From Microthyrium microscopicum (Eukaryota): a DNA stretch of 64,000 nt. Below are positions 26,430 to 37,841 of this stretch, in pieces. The translations under genes and the position numbers were made by a program. The notes below the pieces were generated by a model. That model had not been told where the DNA came from. It was given only the letters and a program-made list of their open reading frames with translations, and made no database searches. The stretch spans positions 1,065,530 to 1,129,529 of the forward strand of contig MU004238.1 of the NCBI GenBank assembly GCA_010405405.1, in the 5' to 3' direction. Position 1 is the first letter of the stretch; every line of letters starts with the position of its first letter.

Positions 26430-26749
26430 TGTTCATAGTCGAGATTTTCAAGTAACTCTCACGAAGCGGAAGAAGGGACACCAACCTTTCAAGTCTTGTT
26501 TGTGATCAACGTCAGCCCACAAGCCCAACAGGCTCCGCCCAGTTTCCACCTTTGATTTATGAACATTAGGTACATACATAATGCCTGTGCGTTGCTGTAC
26601 AAAAGTCCAACTTTCACTGATCATGTCCCAATTGAAGCGATACATCTGTGCGCTAAGCCTCATTGGGATGGCTCCCTGCGTCCCTGCGCTTGTTGGAGGC
26701 TCTCGCGGCTCTGTACTTCTGCTCTTCACTCAGCAACACCATTGGCGTA

Positions 26750-27370
26750 ATGCGTTCCAAGCTCGCTCAGACTCTGTCCTCAATTCCTACGCGATCAATT
26801 CGTCTGCCTCAAAGTACCTTAAGATGCTCCTCAACCAAGGTTACAGGTCAAAAGCCCACTCCAAAGCCCCAGCAAGGTGATGCCGACCTCAATATCAAAG
26901 AATTTCTATCCCAACCCACATGGTCGGTCCAATCTCTCGTACCGCCGGCCAATGATTCCGCGAATGAGCGCCCAGTTAGTGCGGAAAAGCTTCGTCACCT
27001 CCTACGACTATCCGCCCTACCTGAACCCAAAGACGAGAAGGAAGAAGCACGATTGATGCAAGACCTGGCCTCACAACTACACTTTGTGAAAGAAATTCAA
27101 AAAGTGGACACAAAAGGAGTTGAGCCTTTACGGGCGATTCGAGATGAGACGCTGCAAGCTGAACAAGAAGCCGAGCTGACGGTAGAGAAGCTACAAGAGG
27201 CTTTCGACAACGAAGAAGTACTGGGCAAATATCATAAACGGATCCGAAGGAGAAAGGATATACCTGTAGTCGATGAGGACACTCCGCCAGACTGGAAGCC
27301 TTTGGACCATGCAAAAAGAAGGCAGGGCGATTTCTTTGTGGTTTCTCGGAGCAAAGAACCAACACCATGA
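26750..27370 (+). CDS. GTF1: Mitochondrial Glu-tRNA(Gln) amidotransferase subunit F/C (GatF)
   Basis: PTWSV, LRHLLRLSALP, QLHFVKEIQKVDTKGVEPLRAIRDET; Arg/Ser-rich presequence from ATG 26750. Confidence 0.82.
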   Translation: MRSKLAQTLSSIPTRSIRLPQSTLRCSSTKVTGQKPTPKPQQGDADLNIKEFLSQPTWSVQSLVPPANDSANERPVSAEKLRHLLRLSALPEPKDEKEEARLMQDLASQLHFVKEIQKVDTKGVEPLRAIRDETLQAEQEAELTVEKLQEAFDNEEVLGKYHKRIRRRKDIPVVDEDTPPDWKPLDHAKRRQGDFFVVSRSKEPTP

Positions 27371-27492
27371 GATGCTCAATTTCACACTTCAAAGCTTTTG
27401 ACCAGATCGACATGCTCTTTATTTGCATTATGAACTAGGCATATACACTTCAATCGTCCAGGTAACCGATCATTTATAAAGTCCTCACAGAT

Positions 27493-28270
27493 CTACTGTG
27501 GGTCCTTGATCCAACCTTTCTCAGCGGCAGCCTCAATCGCTCCAAACCAAGCAGTGGCCATCTTTGCATATCCAGCATCATTAGGATGAACGCCATCAGC
27601 AAGCTCGTTCTTCGCAACAGCTGCCAAGCTAGCGACAGCCACATGCTTTCCAGCCTTGGCGCGATCCGCAACAATACCAGGAATCATCTTATTGAACTCA
27701 TCAACCTTGCCCTGCGCCATGTTCAATGGAGTCAAAGTAGCGACCAAGATGGTAGATTCAGGAAGCGCAGCAACCAATTTATCGATCAAAGCACCCAAGT
27801 TCTTGCCAGCACTCTGGACATCTCCGCGGGGCATATCATTGGTGCCGGCCATGAGGAGAACAACATTGGGCTTCTTGGACAGCGAGTTGTCGGCCTTCTT
27901 GGAGATTTGAGTGATTGTGTAGCCGGACCAGCCTTCGTGGCTGTTCTGAGCAAAGTTGCCAGACTTTGTGGAGCCGACCATTGTCACTGATGCGCCGGCA
28001 TCAGTGAGCTTCTTGTAGAGACCTGCTCGATAGCTGTTTTGTCCAGTGCTGCCAATGCCAAACGTGATGCTGTCGCCGAGGGGTAGGATTCGGAGCTTTA
28101 GGCCTGCTGGGAGAACCTCAAGCTTATCGGTGTCGCGAGCGTGGACATTGCTGGGCAGTGCTACAGCTGCGGTGACTGCGAATACGATTAGCAAGGTTCA
28201 ATTGCTTGTGCCATACTGGGAACATACGGTAGGAGAATAACAAGGAGACGAAAAAGAAAAGGCTGAACAT
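27493..28270 (-). CDS. Secreted SGNH hydrolase, carbohydrate esterase family 3-like (exons 28270-28228, 28175-27493)
   Basis: Signal peptide MFSLFFFVSLLFSYLTAAVA after splicing a 52-bp intron; GDSIT, HEGWSG, AGTND, DGVHP blocks. Confidence 0.9.
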
Positions 28271-29365
28271 CTTGACGATTAGTGAGAGGGACGTTACAGT
28301 TGCTACAGACGTATGGAACCAAGCTACCAAAGTCAAGCTATATATTGTCGGGCCTTTACACCGTGCTTGATATGATAATTCCAATCATACCAGGCCGAAC
28401 ACGACAGCCGCGTGTAACTGAATTTTTCCAGCAACCAGGCCTTGTTCTTATCACAATATAAACCGGGAAATTATAGTTTCACTGATATGGTATTTTAGCT
28501 ATAATATACATAGCAAAGAAGGGCACAGATCCAAGAATGATCCAAATTTTTCGGGACCATTTGATATCCGGGTAACATCGCCGTCAAGATTAAGTGAGTT
28601 TCACATACTTCAGCTTTGCCCATTTTTTGAAGAGAGTCGATGCCTGTGAGCGAACACTTCGTGACTTGTTGTATCTTGTAGTAAACCATAGCTGTATGAA
28701 AGTATTTGTTCTTCAGAATAGAAATCGCGAAAGACAGTGACACTGCTCGGCGATCGATTAATACTTGGGGCACATTCTCACATGGGGTTTCTTTATTCCG
28801 GGTGACCTGGTAACAAATACCAACTGTACATAGTGGGAGGCACAGTAACCCAAGGTGACCTGTATACTCCGGAAATTTGATATTTCTCAATCAGGTTGAT
28901 AAGGAAGCCTATATCTCTTTGGCTTCTGTGCTCATTGTGATTTGACTTAGATAAAAGTTGTATTCGTACAATCTCTACGAAATATCTTCTTACGTATATA
29001 CTTCTTATACCTATGTGCTTGCTTAACTCTATTCTGATAAAAGCTGGAATCCACCTGTTTACCCACACATAGAGTCTTTGACGCTTCAGACAAAATCAAG
29101 TTCCAAAGGTCCAGTAATTGCACTGATCAGAAGTAGTGTTGTTATACCTTATAGTACTACTCTAGGTTTAATCATATAATTCGAATGCTCTTGACTACAA
29201 CACATCCAATACTTTGGAACAGAAACAATTGTAACGCCTTGTAATCACATAGAGATGTATTACCTTTTTTGAGTGATTGAATACACCACTACTATACCAT
29301 ATTCCAAACTTGATCTTATTCATCATATTTCCCATCAACAGTACTACCTAGCTACTAACACCATA

Positions 29366-30121
29366 CTACAAAGCTTTAAGTCTATCTATCAAAACATTAC
29401 CCGCCCATATAAAGCACTTGGTCATATTCTCCCTAACCTCCACCGGCGCACTAAAAATACCCAACTCCCGACACTTCTCCTCATCGACTCCCCGATCAAT
29501 ATCTCCCCCTTTATACAGAAACTTGTGATCCTTCACATAATTCGGCCACACCACAGCATCCACATACCCTTCCGGATCCTCCCAAAAGCCATCCAGCGTC
29601 ACATACCCCTTCCTAGCCTCCCTCCTCCTCTTAATCACCATATACTCCGCCGTCAACAACAGCCTCACATCAAACTTGTCCCTAACCCCCCTCATCCCCT
29701 CCGCAAATAGCAGAAACCCATCAACAATCGCAATCCGTACCCCATCCTTCACCGCCCCTTTCAACCTCTTTTTCACATCCGCAATAGCAGCCTCGTCAAT
29801 GTCAACTGTCCCCAGTTCATTCTGATCTTCTTGGCTGTCAAAGCCACTCTTGAGCGAGCCGGTGGTGCGTATATGCGCCAACATATCTTCCAGCGCGCGC
29901 ACATTGATACTCTCGAGACAGTCCCAGTCTGCTAGCTCGCGACCATCTGCTGTGCGGACCAGGGGGATTTGGCTGTCGGGCAGGTAAAAGTCGTCCTCGT
30001 GCAGGATGAATGCGTGCGGTGTGAGAGCATCGCGGAGGAGGCGCGCGAGTGTGGTTTTGCCGCTGCAGGATGGGCCGGAGATGGCGACGAGGATTGTGGT
30101 GGTGGGTTTGGGTGGGCTCAT
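29366..30121 (-). CDS. NRK1: Nicotinamide riboside kinase (P-loop kinase)
   Basis: ISGPSCSGKTT, LHEDDFY, DWDC, RKGYVTLDGFWEDPEGYVDAVVWP; likely start is MSPPKP at 30121, not the low-complexity upstream extension. Confidence 0.88.
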   Translation of the reverse strand: MSPPKPTTTILVAISGPSCSGKTTLARLLRDALTPHAFILHEDDFYLPDSQIPLVRTADGRELADWDCLESINVRALEDMLAHIRTTGSLKSGFDSQEDQNELGTVDIDEAAIADVKKRLKGAVKDGVRIAIVDGFLLFAEGMRGVRDKFDVRLLLTAEYMVIKRRREARKGYVTLDGFWEDPEGYVDAVVWPNYVKDHKFLYKGGDIDRGVDEEKCRELGIFSAPVEVRENMTKCFIWAGNVLIDRLKAL

Positions 30122-30761
30122 GGCGGAGATGGTGTTGTGCCGATGGGCCGTTGGAACGTTGGGATGAGGGCTTGGTGGTAGTTGGTGGTATGGAGATGGT
30201 GGATGCGGGATGGGTTTCAGCCTTGTGGGTGTATGATGTGATGGGAAGGGCACGATGTGAGTTTGTGGATCAATTGGTTCAAGGTAAGAGAAATGGGATA
30301 GATAGTAGAGATTGAGATTTTTTGTTGGTTTGTTGATATTATGACTGGAGTTGCTTCGTCCGATATGGGACACTAAGATTTAGACCTTGCACTTGATATT
30401 GAAATGCTTCGAGATTGGGCAAAATTAACTGTTACTCGAGTACCCTGAGGGCTCTCATAGTGGCGAGTATACCTAAGTCAGGATTGAATTACTAAAACAG
30501 TAAACATCTTCTTTTTGTTTATCGTCTCACGATACGTCAAAAACAAATCTAGCCTTGCTCATTGTACGTGTCAGAGGCAAGTTACACAGTTACGCAGCCA
30601 GGCAGCCCACAAATCCAACATCCATTTATGACATCACATTGGTCAAGAGCTCTTGACAACCGTCAAAACATCATAAATTATATTTTAAAACTAAACAATA
30701 CTGCTGTAGGGGTATCAAACAAAGTCAAAGTAAATATCCACCAACTCCTCTAGCCCCAAAT

Positions 30762-32163
30762 CTACACCGGTTCCGCCTCTCTTGCAGCTTCCGACTCCTC
30801 CTCCTTCTCGTGAACATCATGTAAGTGGTTAGGTTCGTTTTCATCATGAAGCATTTGCAGAAAATCGTGATATGTAGGAGACAAACTCGCCTGCATCGAG
30901 CTCTGCGCCTCCTCGTCTCGCAGCCTGCGTGCGCGCTGCGATTTCGGACTAGCATCTGTATGGGCGATACTGACATTGTCAGACTTTGTTTCGCCCTCCA
31001 CGGGCTCTATCCCCTCGTTGCCAAAGTCCCAAGGATCAATGCCTAGGGCGTCGGCATCTTCGCGCCCGTAGACGCCTTGTTGGCGCCAATTTTTGGCTTT
31101 CGAGACGTCTACGGAGAGGCTCGGGTGGCGGGTGCGTGTGGGTGAGTTGAGGTCGGAGGAGGTATGGGAGTGCGAATGGCTGTTGGTTTTGCGCGTGCCG
31201 TTGCCTGGTGCGATTTTGGGAGCGGTGCGGCCGCGGGCGCTGCGTTGGGAGTGGTATTTTATGGTGGAGACGGTGTCGTCGTTGTGGAATGCGCCGAGTT
31301 TGAACATGCGGCGGAGGAGGGTCCAGGTGAATGGTATGTTGGCGACGATGAGAGCGGTGCTACTCTCTCGGACGTACCAGAATGTCCATTGGGAGCCAAA
31401 GGGGTGTGTGAAGGAGTAGTATTTGTTCAGTACGGCACTAAGGATGCTGAAGATTCCTAGTCCAAAGACACCGCCTAGGATTAATTTTCGATTCCATGCG
31501 AGATTGTTGCCGACGAAGAGTGAGAAGGCGATGCAGAGCATGATAACATCGCTGCTTATATTAAAAACTGCGTTCGTGATGAGGTGGTTGGTCGCAGCAT
31601 CGCATTGTTTTGAGGGAGTTGGTAGTGCCCAGTAGTTGTGAAAAGGTCGACACCATACTCCAAAGTATAATATCTCCATGACGATAAATCCAACTAGAAC
31701 GTAAACGCCTAAAGCTATGACAAACTTGTTAAGCCTCAAGCTTTTCCTGTTACATGTCAGTGATATTGTCCACCAAAAGAGCTTACGAACGTTTGGATTA
31801 GACATACGTTAAACGGTAGTAGAGGATAACCAGGCATGACTTTACAAGCCAGACAGTGAGGCATTGTAATTGTTCAACGACTACTGTCAACTTGCTACCG
31901 TATATCCGGGAGGCCCGTTCAGCAGCAGAAAATGTGTTGACATTTTCGCCAGGCGCTATGAGGTTTGAGCTGTAATGTGACTCCTTGTTGATTGCTGCGA
32001 TGAAGGCGGTATGAGATGCCAGTGCTACGATGATCATCCAGTCATCGATTTGAAGTCGAAGGATCGATTTGACATGAAGTGTCCTGGAAATTATTCGAAA
32101 GATGACGACTAAAGTGCAGATAGAATACCAGATCCAGGACTCAACTACCAAAGGCAGTCCCAT
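30762..32163 (-). CDS. PTH11-like (rhodopsin-domain) integral membrane protein lacking CFEM (exons 32163-31808, 31746-30762)
   Basis: RLQIDDW, WCRPFHNYW, FNISSD, WYVRESSTALIVANIP; about 7 TM segments and a disordered tail; 61-bp intron keeps frame. Confidence 0.88.
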
Positions 32164-33947
32164 AATCACCTACAAAAGGTATAGTAGTTGGAACGGCCCT
32201 GATTGGTCAAGGATAAGAGATGTCGTGAACTCTGTTAAGGGATGTAGTCATGGTGGGTGGTTATTTTGCATGATTGTGCTCCCCGTCCAGGAACCAGAGC
32301 ACGTACACAGTAGAAGAGATAGAGTAGTGGATCGAGATTTGTAGAGTGAAGCAAACCTAGGCGTAGAATTGGCACGAAGAGCGGTATTTACGAATTTCCG
32401 CGTAGGATCTGCCGCCTGCGTAATGACGAGTCCACGCCGGTATCTCCACCCACACCGCTGGAAAAGAAACGATCTGATATCGGTGGGAATTTGGGCTGGC
32501 CTATAGAGCGGGAAAGGCGTCGATTAAGTGCGCCATTAACCTTTGGCTTTCGGAAAAGTCGAGAAGTATCGCGAAGGGCTTTAAAAGGCAACAACAAATG
32601 AGGTTTGAAGTCTTCACCGACGCTGAGGGTAAGAGCGATACTACGTAAAAGACCAGACCGTCCAGATATCAAGGCAATTTTACACTTGGAGGCCCAGCCG
32701 CTCGGCAGTACTCATGCACCTTACTGCCAGGCAGCCTATCTTTCCCTCAGCGTCCGGTAGTCCGCATAATGACCCCGGTCGCCTGACATGACGGCGGACA
32801 TTGAGCAATGAGAAGGCGAGATTGGTATTAGAGTTTGTTGGTGAAGAAACAAAGGGGACGTCACTCCAGTGTAACTTCTGCATGTTCTAACTTCTTGGAG
32901 CCTTTTGGACATCTCGAGTCTGGACGCAAAGACACTCGGGTGTTCAAGTTCCAAACGCGGCAAGATCAGCGTCAAATTATGTTGGTGGTTATGAACGAAA
33001 CTCTGCTCTGTTAAAGCTAGGCACATTATTGCAGGCTGTTCAATTGTGCTGGACTTGAAAATACCCATCCCAGGTAGTAGGTACGAGTCAAAAGAACCCT
33101 TGTCGATGTTCAAGATAAAGAGCAAAATGGACCAAAGGGAGGCGGGAAAATGAACAGCCAAGTCAGAGGCTGATGATGATTGAATACACCCCACTGCACG
33201 CTTACCCAAAACAGCTGGGCCCTGTGGGGGTCCCCGGGTGGTTGGGGGTTTTTCTCCAGGTTTGGTGTTTTTGACTTTCGCAGCACTTGATTCGTGTGCT
33301 GACACAGCATGACCTAAAATGTTCCGATGCACGCCTACTTCATCTCCTATCTTTTTGTTTACATTCTCACTGTTGGGGTTTGATGAATGCATAGCACCCG
33401 ATATTCACCATTAAGACCATATTTGAGAAGCAGTTTGACTTATTACTTTATCTAAGGTGCATAGCCTTGATGACACTTTTATCGCGGCCAACAAGTACTA
33501 CTTATACAAAGTTCAATAATGAGTCTCTGCTGGTCAATCTGCGTGCTGTTCATCGAGCACTACACTAACATCCTGACCTTCCAGAATTGCTGGAGAGCGT
33601 CATGCTGCCCACGATTGAAAAGACCCCCAGCGCCTTGCAATGCAACAATGAACGGAAATGATATGCAAACATTCGGGCTCATCCTTGGACCAGAAATGAA
33701 GGATCTCATGTAGCTTCTTCAGCCTTCAGCTCAGTCTTAGCCTTCGCAGCCAAGGCAGCCTTAACAGCCTTAGCAGCCTCGCTTTCACGCTTTGCCGACT
33801 CCTTCTGAAATTCTCTGTCGATCTGATCTGGAGTGAGGTGTTTCAATTCAAACCGAAACTAAGTTTTCCATAGTCAGTAATGGGTAGAACAATGGACGTC
33901 GTGGCTCCTAATAATAATGGGTTGTGTGCTTCCAGAGGCTGGTCTCC

Positions 33948-35528
33948 TTAGTTGCTTACTCGCTCACGGTATTCGGAATCCTGGTCCTCGTAAGGTTCCG
34001 TGAAGTACTTGTTGATGTTTTGCTGTTTTCCGAGCCAGTTGGTCAAGCTGTTGATTTCTTCCCTTAATCGGGAAGCTGACTGGTGGTCCATGTTTGTCTG
34101 AGCAATGAGTTCAGGGAGACTCGCTATACTTGGTTAAAGCTGTGATCAATGGAAGCTTTCAAGAGCACGACTTACAGAAGAGGCGCAACAGGTGCTCGCC
34201 TCCGTAGATGTCTCCAATGTCACGGCCTTCTAGCTCGTCACCAGGGGCGTTGATGCGATTGAGAATATCCAGGTATTGTCCTCGCTCGTACCGATAGAGT
34301 AGAACTCGACCTAGGGCTTTGTTGAAGTACACTTTCATGCCATGTATCGACTCCTCCAGAATATCTGCTGAAGTTCCGAGCTGTTGCCGCTTGGCAAGCT
34401 CCTGCTGATAGTAGTCTTCTAGGATCTTGTTGGCTGAGGTGTTTTTGGCCGGCACACGGACTAGCTGAAGGTTTTTGGTGACGTTTTCCCAGTCATCAAC
34501 CAGTATGCTCTTTAGGGAGTCCGGTAGAATGATGCGGATAGCCGGACGGCTGGTGTAGGCTTCTTCCTAAAGCTATTGGTCAGCGCCTGAGTCAGAAAAA
34601 AGCGAATCGTATGTCAATTCTATGTGAACGCGTATGATAGTGAGGTGATATACGTTTTCCATCTCCCGGCGAAGAGCGCGGCGTTGCGACTGAGCAGACT
34701 GCGACGAGGTTAATTCATGGAGAAAGTTCTGGGTTTGGCGAGGCTTTGCATACTGGTACGTGGCTTGGTGGATGTTGATTGCTATTTGAGCGGTTTGTCT
34801 GTGTCCTATTCGACTGCGTCGCTCTTAAACCGTTGAGTTTGACGCGAGGAGTTGTCTTGATTCGTGCCATGTTGATTGTGGTCTCGGGTTTTGAAGACCT
34901 TTTGCTATGGGAGGGAAATTCGATGGATAATACGTGTCAAATATTGGGAGGGGTGGATGGATGCAGTGCAGAGGGGGATGAATTAGTGAGGTAGACGAAC
35001 CTTTTCTGTGTCGAGGTCGCGGCCACGCTTTTTACCCGCAACAGCACCTCGCTCTTCACTGTCTGCAACAGAGGGTTCTCCCTTTTTCTTCTGAGCACCC
35101 AGTTTTGAGCCTCCCTTTTGCGCTTGACGAAGATCCAACATTTCCTTTGCTAATGCCTTTGCTAATTCTTGGTTGTCTTCATTCTTTTTTCTGAGCCGAT
35201 CCTGAGGAACCCATTGATCCCAACTATACGATGATCAGCGAAATTCGAAGCAAAACCTCCAATGCGCCCATTGAAATACTAATAATCGACGCATAAAGTA
35301 TTTCCATGGCTTGCTATTCTGGTACAGCAATATCGCTTGCTTGGAAGGTCCCTAGGACACTACTTACGTTCGTTTCCAACCCCGATAATGAACAAAGTAC
35401 TGGTACGCGTTTTTCTTGTCCTCTGCTGATTCGTCGGGTTTGAGGTTCAGCACCTTAGCTTCGTAGAGAAGCTCTTGGTGAAAGCACAAGACATCCTCAT
35501 CTTTGGTGAAAGCCGAGTTTGGAGCCAT
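33948..35528 (-). CDS. EAF3: Chromodomain/MRG protein Eaf3 (exons 35528-35368, 35223-35001, 34566-34176, 34123-33948; alternative last exon 33858-33706)
   Basis: LCFHQELLYEAKV...HYRGWKRTWDQWV chromo-barrel; MRG domain LKSILVDDWENVTKNLQLV, LLYRYER, IYGGEHLLRLF, PELIAQTNMD. Confidence 0.93.
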
Positions 35529-35754
35529 GGTACCAGCCTGTAGCAATGGTCAAGAATGATGTCTGGTGATGGTTGCAATGTTAATCGAGGTGCACGAAGG
35601 ATTGCTGATGACTGCCGGAGGTGATTGTATCAGGAGCGTGTTGCAATATCAATATGCAGCGGTGTGGTGATGCAGCAACAATGAGCTGGGATGGTGTCGT
35701 TGGGAAAGGACGTTTAGGTCGCTGTCTCCACATTTTATTGGTGGGAGCGCTCGG

Positions 35755-35772
35755 CGCGTCAGTTTTACGCGT
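35755..35772. promoter_or_regulatory. MCB-like elements (CGCGTC, ACGCGT) in the EAF3/CNL2 divergent promoter
   Basis: ggcgcgtcagttttacgcgtc about 135 bp upstream of the CNL2 ATG. Confidence 0.4.
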
Positions 35773-35904
35773 CGTGCTTCCATTATCCATGCAGTCAACT
35801 ATCACTGCGCCAACTTCATTGCTTCCTTAAACTCGATATATTCGATACTTATGGTTCCTGTGGTTCTTTGGACTGGCATTCTCTAGTTCCGATATGCCAT
35901 CATC

Positions 35905-36558
35905 ATGCCCGAAAACACGCCAACTGAATCGTCCATCCTACGCGCTTTTCTGCTAGTCCCTGCCCCGCTGTCGGTCCAGATCTCGCTCGAGCAATTCACA
36001 GAATGGTTTCCTGCGCAATATCAATCCAGCGAGGATATTGAAGTCTTGTATCGGATACTGCAGAATCAAATACAGCAAGACATTGACGAGGTCGGGGAAA
36101 ACATTGCCGCTGAGGCCAAAAGAGGAAAGAAACAAATGCGTGAGGTCAAAGTTTCAAGGGCGACAGAGCACCAGGCACGGGTAGAATCTCTTGACATTCA
36201 AGACATCCACATGGACATGGAGGTAAGTTATTTGATACCGCGTATTGAAAAACAACTGCTTACTGGCTATGCTTCACAGCTGCGCGACGAAACCCAACGG
36301 CACTCAGTGCTGGGTGAAGCGCATGACCAAGAGTCTATTATACCTGCTATGGCTGCAGCTTGCAAACAACTTGAGCAGGAAATAATCGACACTGAAGAAG
36401 CAGCCCGTGTCGCACTACAAGATATCCAGGCAACAGTCGGAGAACTCAGTGACCTTCGCTATGGTCGATTGCCCAAGACAGGTAATGAGCCGCTTGGTAC
36501 TGATATAGTACAGCGATTACATCGACTGGAGAAAATATGCCGGGAACTGGAACCATAA
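35905..36558 (+). CDS. CNL2: Kinetochore protein of the Cnl2/Nkp2 family (in-frame intron 36223-36279)
   Basis: PTESSILRAFLLVPAPL...FTEWFP N-terminus and VGELSDLRYGRL C-terminal motif; coiled-coil composition. Confidence 0.75.
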   Translation: MPENTPTESSILRAFLLVPAPLSVQISLEQFTEWFPAQYQSSEDIEVLYRILQNQIQQDIDEVGENIAAEAKRGKKQMREVKVSRATEHQARVESLDIQDIHMDMEVSYLIPRIEKQLLTGYASQLRDETQRHSVLGEAHDQESIIPAMAAACKQLEQEIIDTEEAARVALQDIQATVGELSDLRYGRLPKTGNEPLGTDIVQRLHRLEKICRELEP

Positions 36559-37280
36559 GAGCCTGGAAATTGTACAGTCTACTCTACGAGCGTACATGTC
36601 TTGCCCAGTGCCCACGTCAGACACGAGAGTAATAGGCTACGATGTTTGGGCGCGAGGGCATATTACAAAGACCCACCCATTATGAGACTTTATGAGGAAC
36701 GACTTTTGTCACGATTCTGATACCCCCTGCTAATTGGTTCCTTATTTAGAAGAAGACAAGTGAAGATACAGAATCACGTTTTGTGCTTTTCCCAAGTTGA
36801 CATTTCCAGAAGTAGGGTTTCTTGAGATGCCATTGGGACCTTGCATGTTTCATGCGATTGGTTATACTTGATACTATAATGAGACGGGAATATTTGCTTC
36901 CCAACTCATGTTTTATAGGGCAGACACCTCCTGTTCACAACAGTTTGTTTAAATCCTATTTATCTCTTGGCCGTATCTTGGACCCCAGGTTATTTGTTTC
37001 TTAGCTGAACTCGGGCTATATTCCCCTCGCCACCACAATGGCCTTCCCATCCATGAAGATTTCAGCCTTACATGTTCTGTTTATCCCATTTCAACTGGCC
37101 AAAGCAATGTAGGGCAGTCCAAGTCATCTATTCTCGATCGATGGTGAGTTCCCCTGGTTTGGAAGCATCTACATAAGGCTTGGGAACGCCTTGTCTGTTC
37201 TGTTCCCACGAGCTCAACAAATCATATACAAACAAGAGCACCAACAAACACAACGCAACCAAGGCCATTCAACCTCGACA

Positions 37281-37841
37281 ATGTATTCCTTCCTTTCAAC
37301 AGTTGCGCCTGCGCTTTCCCTCTTTGCTATCCCACTCTTCGCAGGACCAGCCCGCGCATCACCCATCAACAACGGGCACGTCTTCGCCAACGACAAGCTC
37401 CCAGCCTCGCGCTACGACCGCCGAGAAATCGCCACCATCGACTATGAAAAGCGCGGTCTACCAGCAGCGCTATTAAACAGCCGCGCAGTCGCCCAACCAC
37501 GCATGCGCCGCGAAGCTCCCAGCTTTGAAAAGCGGGAGGCCACAGTCATTGTCGACCTTCCAAAGATGGCTCGTCGCGCACTCGATGATGGCTCGGAAAG
37601 CAACGTCAAGCTCCAGCCTACCAAGCGCTGGGGCGGATATGGCGGAGGATGCGGCGGATGCAGAGGCGGATGGTAGGTTCTTCCACCCTCAAAGAAGTTG
37701 GCATTATTATGTTTGTAATGTAATTTGGGCTGGTAACGGCCTAGTGTACCGCTGATGTATTTGTCTTTTTGGGGTGTGGATTTGCCATTATTATTTATTG
37801 AATAATACTGATCTGATGGGTTTTATAGTGGAGGCTGGTAA
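37281..37841 (+). CDS. Small secreted prepropeptide with multiple KR/RR sites and a C-terminal Gly/Cys peptide (exons 37281-37672, 37829-37841)
   Basis: Signal peptide ...PARA|SP; dibasic sites DRR, EKR, MRR-EA, EKR-EA, ARR, TKR; GTAGGT...TAG intron gives the end WGGYGGGCGGCRGGCGGW* (unspliced: ...CRGGW*). Confidence 0.75.

Noticed and set aside
26663..26749. Upstream extension of the GTF1 ORF
   Set aside because: TTG-started; the mitochondrial presequence begins at ATG 26750
30122..30373. His/Pro-rich N-terminal extension of the NRK1 ORF
   Set aside because: Begins at a non-ATG codon and reads like C/A-rich 5' UTR; ATG 30121 has good context and matches the family start
32736..33392. 218-aa minus-strand ORF between the PTH11-like gene and EAF3
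   Set aside because: No recognisable motifs and unconvincing composition; probably promoter sequence, though an orphan gene cannot be excluded
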